Assembly (NCBI GenBank): GCA_037443005.1
Contig: JBBIPE010000003.1
Coordinates: 1 to 54,782, forward strand
Direction of reading: 5' to 3'
Source: an archaeon
GTDB lineage: Archaea; Nanobdellota; Nanobdellia; Parvarchaeales; Parvarchaeaceae
Length of the DNA: 54,782 bases
The position numbers and the translations under genes are program-made. Below the pieces are notes generated by a model. The model was given only the letters and a program-made list of their open reading frames with translations, was not told the DNA's origin and did not search any database. Positions 1 to 8,185 of the stretch are shown in pieces. Positions within the stretch are counted from its first letter, which is position 1; each line of letters opens with the position of its first letter.

Positions 1-364
1 ATATTAATATAACAACGACTATCACAACGGCGGCCACTCCCGCCACTGCCGGTATCAGAATTTTGCTGTTTTTGCCTTTGGATCCGTTTTTCTTTGGTAA
101 TACATCTTCTCCTTTTGACAGCTTTTCGTTCTCTTCCCTTAATCTTTTAAGTTCCTTTAATCTCTCGTTTTCCTTCCTGAGTCTTTCAAGCCTATCATCC
201 TTTGCTTCCTTGTTTTTATCCGAAGCTTGCTGATTTGGATTAGAAGAAGCATTAGTATTGTTTATCGGCTGTGTGTTGTTTTGAACATTTGCCACGGAAT
301 CTATACTTTTCCTTATATTTTCGGAATTGGAATCCCTTTTTTCAGTGTTGTTCTCATCCTGCAT
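1..364 (-). CDS. partial CDS (C-terminus runs off the window): K/E-rich coiled-coil protein with hydrophobic C-terminal segment
   Basis: ATG at 364-362 (complement) opens a frame that stays open to base 1: MQDENNTEKRDSNSEN...RLERLRKENERLKELKRLREENEKL...ILIPAVAGVAAVVIVVVILI. It is absent from the ORF track because no stop lies in the window. Confidence 0.45.
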   Translation of the reverse strand, partial: MQDENNTEKRDSNSENIRKSIDSVANVQNNTQPINNTNASSNPNQQASDKNKEAKDDRLERLRKENERLKELKRLREENEKLSKGEDVLPKKNGSKGKNSKILIPAVAGVAAVVIVVVILI

Positions 365-397
365 TTTTATGGTATTATCTCCCCACTTAAATAAACT

Positions 398-677
398 GCG
401 GTATTGAATAGCCCGTTTTTTGTCGTCTCTCCGCCTAGTTCAAGGCTTCGCTGTAAGACGCAACAACATTCGACTAAGCGCCGGAATACCGGTTTGCACC
501 CTGAAGGACTGCCGTTTCATCCCTATTTAAAGCAATCAGCTTGCGCATCATCTCTTCCGCTCTAACAAGGTATCGTTTCTGCTCAGTTGCCTGCCATTTA
601 CGGCAATGCATTACTGCACTTCAGTTTTTTAGGTGAACGGACTTCCTCCTTTTATGGTCTGTTGTATACAATACCGC
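398..677 (-). ncRNA. rnpB: RNase P RNA
   Basis: A GC-enriched block without an ORF. The minus strand reads AGGAGGAAGUCCG (CR-I/P4-like), GGGAUGAAACGGCAG and GCAAACCGG...GGCGCUUAG (CR-V-like). A 9-bp terminal helix joins GCGGUAUUG (677-669) to CAAUACCGC (406-398). Confidence 0.8.
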
Positions 678-714
678 TATTTTATATATTGCAGACAGTA
701 TTTAATAATTTAAT

Positions 715-1032
715 ATGGAGATAGTGCTTCTGGATGAAAAGAATCTAAAGAAGGATGAAAGACTTTATATCAAAGCAATAAGGCTGATAAACTCCGTTAA
801 ACTGGATTACGGCACGGAAAAGCACCTTTCATTTCTGGTAAAGGGCGATGAGAATACTCATAATGTGATGTATTTCAATGAAAAGAAATCCGAAAAGAGG
901 TGGCAGTGCGACTGCAAATGGTATACTTTGCAGGACAAACTCTGTTCACACATAATAGCAGTAAACCTTGCGCTTATAAACCACAAGATAAATCTGCCTA
1001 ATAATAAAGAGAAAGATATGAAGGAAGATTAG
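715..1032 (+). CDS. small SWIM-type zinc-finger protein
   Basis: The CxC-x(n)-CxH signature is present: WQCDCKWYTLQDKLCSHIIAV. Confidence 0.6.
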   Translation: MEIVLLDEKNLKKDERLYIKAIRLINSVKLDYGTEKHLSFLVKGDENTHNVMYFNEKKSEKRWQCDCKWYTLQDKLCSHIIAVNLALINHKINLPNNKEKDMKED

Positions 1033-1717
1033 GTCCACTGCCGAATCTGTTCACTACTAATTTGCCTTCTTTTAATTTGTTATTATGCCAGTAATCTATC
1101 GCAAGCATGAAAGCTATTATATTCGTATTACTGTCTTTTTCAATCATAGTTAGTCCTTTTCCCTTGTCAAGCAGATATAGCCTTGAGCCAATTACATTAT
1201 TGTCTTTTACTGTTTGCCGGTATACTATTGTAATTCCTCTGCCAAACTTTTTACTGTAAAGCCTTGCAGTAAGCGTCTTGTTCAGGTTTTCCTTTTCTTC
1301 CTTATAAGGATATTCTAGATACCTTTGTGATTTTACAAGAGAATAATCATCTAGTTTTGTGGTTTCTCCCTTGTGATTTATCTGCATGTTCAGCCGGCTT
1401 ATATCTGGTATTGATTCACTTTTAGAGAAGTTCTCTACTGAAAGATCATTTTCTATAGAATAGGAATTACTTGTTTGCTTGAGCTTCTCTCTATCGACAA
1501 GAAACAAGTCAAGGTTTTCAACCAATCTCATAATGTTTTTCGGTTTTGCCATTGAAAGTATGCTCTCTGTTTTTCCTTTATTTTGTAGCCAGTTATAGGT
1601 ATCACTTGACTGTATAATCTTTAGATCCTCATTGTTATAAACCAAATTTAATATTTCACGGTCCGATTCAGTTAAATATTCACTATTTAGTAGCTTTTCA
1701 ATTGATGACATTTCCAT
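998..1717 (-). CDS. hypothetical protein
   Basis: A 239-aa ORF with no motif I recognise. Its 3' end overlaps the convergent SWIM gene by 35 nt. Confidence 0.5.
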   Translation of the reverse strand: MEMSSIEKLLNSEYLTESDREILNLVYNNEDLKIIQSSDTYNWLQNKGKTESILSMAKPKNIMRLVENLDLFLVDREKLKQTSNSYSIENDLSVENFSKSESIPDISRLNMQINHKGETTKLDDYSLVKSQRYLEYPYKEEKENLNKTLTARLYSKKFGRGITIVYRQTVKDNNVIGSRLYLLDKGKGLTMIEKDSNTNIIAFMLAIDYWHNNKLKEGKLVVNRFGSGPNLPSYLSLYY

Positions 1718-1751
1718 GTTAAAAAATAGAATAAAACTAGTATAAATAGGT

Positions 1752-2216
1752 TTATTTCAGCGAATTGTTTCTAAGTACTTTACATATCCAGCCCTGTGAT
1801 GCGGATGCATGTTTAACCTCTTCTAGAAGAAGACTTGCCTGCTTTTCTGGATCAAGTTTATCAAGCTCAAGGTATATATAACCCTCTTCTGCCTCGTTAT
1901 GCCCTTTGAGTACACGCATTACGGCTTCTGTTTTCTTTTTTGCATCTTCGATCTGATTCATATCAACAAGCCTTTCTACCTCATTTAATAATTTGATTAT
2001 CGCCCCATGCTCGGCCTCTAACCCTCTTATCCGTAATCCATTATTCTCATATATTTCTGGAAACAGATAATCCTCTTCCCAGAACATATGGTTTGTTAAT
2101 GAGTCTTTTATAATTGATAGTTTTTCAGTATCAGGTTTTGTAGATAAAGATTCAAGAAAATCCTTCAAGTAAACATCTATCCTGCTATGATCCTTAGTAA
2201 GTACACTGTCCAGCAT
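1752..2216 (-). CDS. hemerythrin-like (HHE cation-binding) domain protein
   Basis: Spaced H/E motifs are present: NHMFWEEDYLFPEI, LEAEHGAI, KGHNEAEE. Confidence 0.65.
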   Translation of the reverse strand: MLDSVLTKDHSRIDVYLKDFLESLSTKPDTEKLSIIKDSLTNHMFWEEDYLFPEIYENNGLRIRGLEAEHGAIIKLLNEVERLVDMNQIEDAKKKTEAVMRVLKGHNEAEEGYIYLELDKLDPEKQASLLLEEVKHASASQGWICKVLRNNSLK

Positions 2217-2416
2217 TATTTATTTTAATTAAAGATTGTATTTAAGACTTAATAAGAACTACAGTGTAAAAAAAAGAATGTTTTCTTATGTACAATATAA
2301 AAAATACAAGTAATCTTTTTTAGATTAGTTATACCAAAAGTTACTAACAAATAATATTAGTTTACTAAAAATAGTCAATAATAAAAAAGAAACTATAAAT
2401 AACCTAATTAATACGG

Positions 2417-2626
2417 CGTATAAGATATCTAATTATTAGAAGGACTCTCCTTATAAAACCGCGAAGAAAAACATAACCCTTGTCTAAGCTATAGCTTAAT
2501 AATACAGAGGTAATCCGGGAGTCATTTGGGAGTAAAGCGGGATTAATCTGCGATTTATTGGTGGTAAAACTCACTAATTAGGCAGATAGGAAAAGGAAAA
2601 AAACTGGGATATCGGGATTGCCTTAG
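2417..2626 (+). repeat. copy A of the ~210-bp conserved non-coding module (no adjacent tRNA)
   Basis: It aligns block by block with 23034-23258 and 49873-50088 through GGACTCT..., CTAAGCTATAGCTTAA, GGGAGTCATTTGGGAGTAAAG, GGTAAAACTCACTAATTAGGCAG and GGGATATCGGGATTGCCTTA. Confidence 0.7.
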
Positions 2627-2766
2627 ATTGATAATAAGATTTATACAAATTGTACTCAAAGTAAACATTATCTATTTGTCTTACGGAATATTGATTATAT
2701 GCAATATTTATTATAAAAAATTTTACAAAACCAAATATCTATGCATACTTGAATGTATCAGTTTCT

Positions 2767-4380
2767 TTATAGAGGAATGACGTAATTCTCGCCATTTTCT
2801 TCAGTCTCCATATATCCCTCAGTATCAAGCTTCAATCTGATCTGTACAGGCTTCAGGTTGTATTTAGATGAAATATATTGTATGAATTTATTAGGTGTCT
2901 CATTAAAAGCGCTGTTACCTAATATTATCTCTTTGCACCCATATTCTTTAGCTCTATAACGGATATCCTCATATACCTTGTCGAAAATCTTTTTATCTCT
3001 GAAATCACGGCTTCCCTCTACTGAATCAACAAGAAACTTGTTCCCTTCCTTATAGCATATTGCACTGCCGGCAGCCTTTCCATCCAGATCATATCTGACA
3101 AGTATTACATTGGAATCATTGCAGTACTCGACGATACCTCCATCCACTGGCCCAGGGAAATAAACGCATGCCATCTGAACATTACGGTTGTAATCAAGCG
3201 GGTTCTTGCTTTCTACTGCGGACATTTTATGGGAATTATATGGAAGAATGTTCCCTCCTGCATCAAACATGTTCATCACTTTGCCGATGTATCCGTCTTT
3301 TACGTCTTTAAGGGTGGATACTGCAGTGTCATAATCTCCGTCTTTCATTGCCTTTATCAATTTAGGGATAACATCTCTGTGTTTGGTATAAAGCGCGTTT
3401 TTAGCACTATTTACAGCCTTTTCCCCGACAATGGAAGATACTACTGAGAAAGCTTCCTTGTACTTGATCTCATCCCTAGAGCCAAGTACGGATATCACCG
3501 CATATCCTTTCATTTCCTCGCTTGACAATTCAACGTTTTTGCTCCCAATAATATCTTCCAGTTTATTCCTGGTAGTATTTTCCAGTTTATACTCCTTTCG
3601 CCGCTCTTCCCTAGCATTATTCACGAGTTCTATTATTTCTTTTATATAATACGTATCATGCTTATCAAGTACCGCAAGCATCATCATCTGATCAAGGTTA
3701 AGCACCTTATGTACCCCATATCCTTCCATAAATCTATTTCTGGCAGTATCAATGTAACTTTTCATAGTGTCTTTAGTAGGCTTTGGCAGACCTAGTTTAT
3801 CACCAAAATTCAGATACAGCGAAACAGCATACAATCCGTCCATATCTGTTATCACTTCATCCAGACCCTCATTTATCACCGAAATCATCTTCGAATAATC
3901 TAAAATCATGGTGGCCGCTCTGCCTACTCTGTTTATCAGATTTGCACCCCTAAGTGTTTTATATTTGTCTCTGGTTTTATAAGCTATCCACCCAAGCTGA
4001 TTTGCTATCTCTGCTGCAGCATTATCAGAATACTTCCCAACAGTCTTAACTATCTCATTAAGACTTAGGATTTTACTTACATCTAAGACAGACTTTTTGT
4101 TTTTGGTTTGATCAACTATCTCCCTAAGCCAAAGTGCTATATCTGCTGCAGCATCACCATTATACCTTCCTATTGTTCTAGCACATTCAATAACTGTCTC
4201 TTGGTCTTGGATTTTATTAAATATCAACCCGAGATAATTAGCTATATCCTTAGAGGTAGGTACCTTATACTTAATTAATATCTCAACAACTTTCTTTTTG
4301 GCTTTAGGATCAAGAGAATTAAGCTGATTAAAAGTAGAATCAGTCGTTATTTTTCTAAGAATTTCATCAAGTTTTTCCAT
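2767..4380 (-). CDS. hypothetical 537-aa protein with N-terminal helical (HEAT-like) repeats and a possible acetyltransferase-like C-terminal domain
   Basis: A motif recurs three times: DIANYLGLIF, AADIALWLREIV, AAEIANQLGWIAY. The C-terminal region VDSVEGSRDFRDKKIFDKVYEDIRYRAKEYGCKEIILG resembles the beta4-alpha3 region of GNAT proteins but lacks a clean RxxGxG. Confidence 0.5.
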   Translation of the reverse strand: MEKLDEILRKITTDSTFNQLNSLDPKAKKKVVEILIKYKVPTSKDIANYLGLIFNKIQDQETVIECARTIGRYNGDAAADIALWLREIVDQTKNKKSVLDVSKILSLNEIVKTVGKYSDNAAAEIANQLGWIAYKTRDKYKTLRGANLINRVGRAATMILDYSKMISVINEGLDEVITDMDGLYAVSLYLNFGDKLGLPKPTKDTMKSYIDTARNRFMEGYGVHKVLNLDQMMMLAVLDKHDTYYIKEIIELVNNAREERRKEYKLENTTRNKLEDIIGSKNVELSSEEMKGYAVISVLGSRDEIKYKEAFSVVSSIVGEKAVNSAKNALYTKHRDVIPKLIKAMKDGDYDTAVSTLKDVKDGYIGKVMNMFDAGGNILPYNSHKMSAVESKNPLDYNRNVQMACVYFPGPVDGGIVEYCNDSNVILVRYDLDGKAAGSAICYKEGNKFLVDSVEGSRDFRDKKIFDKVYEDIRYRAKEYGCKEIILGNSAFNETPNKFIQYISSKYNLKPVQIRLKLDTEGYMETEENGENYVIPL

Positions 4381-4967
4381 ATTTTATGCTTAAATTATTA
4401 TGATAGAAAAGAACTAGTATATAAACTTTTCTTTACTATAGAATCATAAATAATACAATATTATGGGATTATCCAATTATAGAGAAGATGTAAGTTAGGA
4501 AGCGAATCGAAAACTCTTTAATGTTCTCTTTGGCAGCAAACAATTAATGAAGCAGAATGTTTACCAATAAATACTGAATTATTTTACTAGATATGGAAAC
4601 TACCAAAAAAGGATTTTAGGAGTTTTTTAAGTCTGACTTAGTATTTTCGGAGTAATCGCTCTGATTTATTTTTATCGAGAACGTTTCAAAATCATTTTTA
4701 GTAGCATCGACTATATTCTTGTTCAGAATTTCACTAATAGCTATCAGATAGCAAACGTATTTGTGTATTTGATCTTATGAATGGTTATTCATTTAAAGAG
4801 TTTTAAGGAAATTAAGTATATCCTTTACATGGCAGGATCTGCTTCCTTAAGTTTTATTAAGCCGTTCTTTGTCAGATTCCCATACTTATACAATTCATTT
4901 TCCACAGTTTTTTGTTCACCCTCCTAAGTCATATAGACGTTTAAGAAGAGCATTACCGAATGTGACA

Positions 4968-5041
4968 TGCCCTCGCCAGGATTTGAACCTGGGTGCCCGG
5001 TTTAGGAAACCGGTATTCTGTCCAAGCTAAACTACGAGAGC
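4968..5041 (-). tRNA. tRNA-Arg (anticodon CCT)
   Basis: The reverse complement folds as a cloverleaf: acceptor GCTCTCG/CGAGGGC, anticodon arm CCGGT-TTCCTAA-ACCGG, T arm CCAGG-TTCAAAT-CCTGG. Confidence 0.9.
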
Positions 5042-5119
5042 ATAGTCAAAAAAGACTTTTTGAGCTTAAATTAGTTTATGTTAAAGCTATAAATAGTATA
5101 CTTTATCATCTTATTTCTT

Positions 5120-5782
5120 ATGGCAAGTTATAATCCGTTTATAAGTATTACCTATTCAAAAGATGATACTATTGTCGATAGGGTAAACGAACGCATAGAA
5201 CTTTTGATACTTTTAAACGAAGCCATGGACCATGGAGGGGTAATAATCCTGAAAGGCGCTCCTGGGATGGGGAAAAGCACGCTGATAGGGGCAGTGCAAA
5301 ATGAACTAGAAAAATCTAGCAGAATTAATATAATCAAAGAGGAATTCACTCCTACAGTTTATAATGAAATAAGGGGTATAGAGAATAGCCCAGAAAAGAA
5401 AACGCTGATTATATTGGATGATTTCAACAATATAGAGATGCTTGACAGACTGAGCCAGCAGAAGGTTATAGATATGGTTTATAAAATAAGCCAGAATATC
5501 GCCGTAATGCTTATTGAGAATAGAGATGAGGGTGTGGAGAAGGAACTTGAAACCCAGGGGAAACTCTTTAAAAAATTAACTCTCGGGGGCCTGTCAAAAG
5601 AGGATATAAAGCAGGTTATACTTAACAGGTTAAACATCGCGAGAAAAACAAAATCTGATTCACTTAGCCCATTTAATCCAATTGAACTGGACAAAATATA
5701 CAAGAAAGCTAAGGGAAACCCAAGAATAACACTGCTTATCTGCTCGGCATTATACGACCAAAAAACAAATACTATAATATAA
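5120..5782 (+). CDS. AAA-type ATPase (archaeal ATPase / ORC-like P-loop NTPase)
   Basis: Walker A is GAPGMGKST and Walker B-like is LIILDDF. Confidence 0.6.
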   Translation: MASYNPFISITYSKDDTIVDRVNERIELLILLNEAMDHGGVIILKGAPGMGKSTLIGAVQNELEKSSRINIIKEEFTPTVYNEIRGIENSPEKKTLIILDDFNNIEMLDRLSQQKVIDMVYKISQNIAVMLIENRDEGVEKELETQGKLFKKLTLGGLSKEDIKQVILNRLNIARKTKSDSLSPFNPIELDKIYKKAKGNPRITLLICSALYDQKTNTII

Positions 5783-5804
5783 GCAGCGGTTTTTATACAG
5801 TATT

Positions 5805-6686
5805 ATGAAAACAAATGCTAAACTAGCGATTATCCTTTTGGTTATATTTACAGCTGTTCTTATAACAAGCCAGTTTTTTGCCGGCCTTAACCTGAGACTT
5901 TTCTCTGCTATATCCGCACAAACCGGCATAAATTATAACAGCGGGATAGGATCTCCCTTTGATTACCTTGTTTATATAATACTGGCAGGACTTATAGTAC
6001 CAACTGCTATAATACTGCTGCTGATTAAATACAAAAAGCTTAGGATTATAAACCTCGTTATAATAGCTCTTTTCATCTTTGTAATGTATGCATTCTCGGA
6101 TCTTTTAATGCTAGATATATATGTATTCGGACTACACGGCAATCTTAACTCAACCAATAGCGTTATTGCCATATTCTCTCTAATGGTTTATGTACTTCCG
6201 ATTGTATTAACTGTTTACTACTTCAAATACGCTGGAAAATACGGAAAGGATGTATTGAATGTTATCCTATTTGTTTCCATATCTGCAGTAATCTCTCTGT
6301 ATCTTAACATATTAACTGCATTGATACTTATCGCCGTAATAAGTATATATGATTATATCTCGGTTTTTATAACAAAGCATATGATTACTTTAGCTAAAGC
6401 CTTCTCTGACAGCTCATTTGGAGGTATATCTTTAATGGCCAAGAAAGTTAAAAAAGATGTAGTCTTTTTAGGAGGAGGTGATATGGCTTTTCCTGCCATA
6501 CTTGCGGATGAATTCTTTTTGCATTATAATGTTTTATCTGGAGTATTCGCAATAATTGGGGCTATAATTGGTTTATCAATAATATTGTTCTTCGGCAAAA
6601 AAGGGAAGGCATACCCTGCAATGGCTGCGATAGGGCCGATGCAGTTTGCAATGCTTGGGCTTTATTTTCTGATAAGATTTATCTGA
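5805..6686 (+). CDS. presenilin / signal-peptide-peptidase-like intramembrane aspartyl protease
   Basis: A polytopic membrane protein carrying YD (SIYDYISVF), GxGD (LGGGDMAFP) and a PAL-like motif (YPAMAAIGP) in the canonical order. Confidence 0.65.
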   Translation: MKTNAKLAIILLVIFTAVLITSQFFAGLNLRLFSAISAQTGINYNSGIGSPFDYLVYIILAGLIVPTAIILLLIKYKKLRIINLVIIALFIFVMYAFSDLLMLDIYVFGLHGNLNSTNSVIAIFSLMVYVLPIVLTVYYFKYAGKYGKDVLNVILFVSISAVISLYLNILTALILIAVISIYDYISVFITKHMITLAKAFSDSSFGGISLMAKKVKKDVVFLGGGDMAFPAILADEFFLHYNVLSGVFAIIGAIIGLSIILFFGKKGKAYPAMAAIGPMQFAMLGLYFLIRFI

Positions 6687-6733
6687 ATATAACAGCGTTA
6701 TAAATATTTAAATGATTAAAATTAAAATTATAG

Positions 6734-7039
6734 GTGGAAGTATCAGTAAAGGAAGAAGATGTAATGAAAGGGCTTAAGCAGTGCTATGACCCAGAGATAC
6801 CTGCAAACATCTATGATTTGGGACTGATATATAAGATAGAGATAAACGGAACGGAGGTTAAGATACTTATGACATTAACTTCACCGTTCTGTCCAGTAAC
6901 TGATTATCTTATAGAGGACATAAAAGGTAAAGTGATGGATTTCTCTGGAGCTACAAAAGTAGATTTAGATATAACCTTTGATCCGCCATGGACAAAGGAC
7001 AGGATGACAGATGAAGCTAGAGCAGAGCTTGGAATCTAA
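6734..7039 (+). CDS. DUF59 / MIP18-family Fe-S cluster assembly protein
   Basis: CYDPEIPANIYDLGLIY and TLTSPFCPV are typical of the family. The ORF-track start is GTG, and an ATG lies 10 codons downstream. Confidence 0.7.
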   Translation: MEVSVKEEDVMKGLKQCYDPEIPANIYDLGLIYKIEINGTEVKILMTLTSPFCPVTDYLIEDIKGKVMDFSGATKVDLDITFDPPWTKDRMTDEARAELGI

Positions 7040-7079
7040 TCATTAAGATTTGAAATACAACTAGAATCCTGAGTTACTA

Positions 7080-8183
7080 TCAATCAAGGAAATCCTTATC
7101 CTTCAGCTTTTCAGGCAGGTAAGTCTCAGTCATAAAAGAAAGACCTTTTGCAGTAAACGCATCAAGCTCCACTTTCGCACCTAGTTTTTCCATTCTGTCA
7201 AGCTCTTCCATCCATTTCTTGTTTGTCTTAAACCATTCATAATTCTTTATCTGCTTTATTCTTGCTATGTCTACATCCTTGAATTTTATAAGGTGCCTTC
7301 TTAATCCGTATTTATCTATATCTCCCATAGTCAACCCCATGAACTTCGCTTCCGGAAGAGAAAGCTTATCAGATACATGTGCAAGAGCAATCGAACCGAA
7401 CTTTATCGCTGAGTATATATAAACTCCCCAGATATCTCCATCAGTCAAAACATATACAGGAAGGTTATGCTCTCTGCTTAGCCTCTGCAGCAGCCTCCTT
7501 ATTCCCCTGGTTGCCTGTCCTTGGCTTGCGATTATTACGCAGTGAAGTTTTCTCCATGCCTTATCCTCATTAAGTCTGTCCCATATTGTGGCTTTTTCCA
7601 TGTATATGATGAATTTTGCTTCTACTTTTTTGAAGATAATTTCTTCTACATTGCTTGGAACGGCCCATCCGCCGCTTCCCATCTTTGACCAGTCTATGAT
7701 ATCTCCCCTGTCCTCAACCACAACTTCACCGGCTACCGCTCCATTCTTATTTGCATTTATGTTAAGCTGCTCCCTTGTTAAATCAGTTATAAGCTCAAGA
7801 TCTTCTATTGCCTTGTTTGTTTCTGTCTGATCATCAACAATGTCTATCTTCGTACCGGGTATAGTCCTCCTGACCTGGTAGAATGCAGATCTTAAACTAG
7901 TATGCTTGTCGTTTTTTATCAGCTCCCTACTTACTGCAGCCATTGCCATTGTCTGTGTGAACTTTCTTACATGTCCTACATTTAGGAAATACCTTCTTGA
8001 CATACCACTCCCGAGAGTTATCATCCTGTTTTCCTCATCGTATTTCACGTTTGATAATCCTCTTACAGGCAATGTTAGGTAGGGGTTTTCTCCTTTTTCA
8101 ATCTGCTTGTATACCTCTTTACCTAGATTTTCCAAGGTATCTAGCCTGTTCTTCCTTAACTGTTCAATTTCCTTATTATCCAT
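7080..8183 (-). CDS. top6A: DNA topoisomerase VI subunit A
   Basis: Spo11/Top6A-like sequence (AFYQVRRT region, Toprim LTDGDIWGVYI) lying directly downstream of top6B. Confidence 0.92.
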   Translation of the reverse strand: MDNKEIEQLRKNRLDTLENLGKEVYKQIEKGENPYLTLPVRGLSNVKYDEENRMITLGSGMSRRYFLNVGHVRKFTQTMAMAAVSRELIKNDKHTSLRSAFYQVRRTIPGTKIDIVDDQTETNKAIEDLELITDLTREQLNINANKNGAVAGEVVVEDRGDIIDWSKMGSGGWAVPSNVEEIIFKKVEAKFIIYMEKATIWDRLNEDKAWRKLHCVIIASQGQATRGIRRLLQRLSREHNLPVYVLTDGDIWGVYIYSAIKFGSIALAHVSDKLSLPEAKFMGLTMGDIDKYGLRRHLIKFKDVDIARIKQIKNYEWFKTNKKWMEELDRMEKLGAKVELDAFTAKGLSFMTETYLPEKLKDKDFLD

Positions 8184-8185
8184 AC

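Noticed and set aside
681-690. TTTATATATT as the TATA box of the RNase P RNA gene
   Set aside because: It lies only 4-13 nt from the 5' strand of the proposed terminal helix, which is too close for an archaeal promoter. A second AT-rich box about 25-35 nt upstream is equally possible, so no promoter feature was called.
4381-4967. Possible decayed ORFs, plus a 13-nt match (CTCTTCTTAAACG) between the tRNA-Arg 3' flank and the tRNA-Glu 3' flank
   Set aside because: The longest open frames lack start codons (for example DQIHKYVCYLIAISEILNK...). The 13-nt match is too short in AT-rich DNA and is not followed by the rest of the module.
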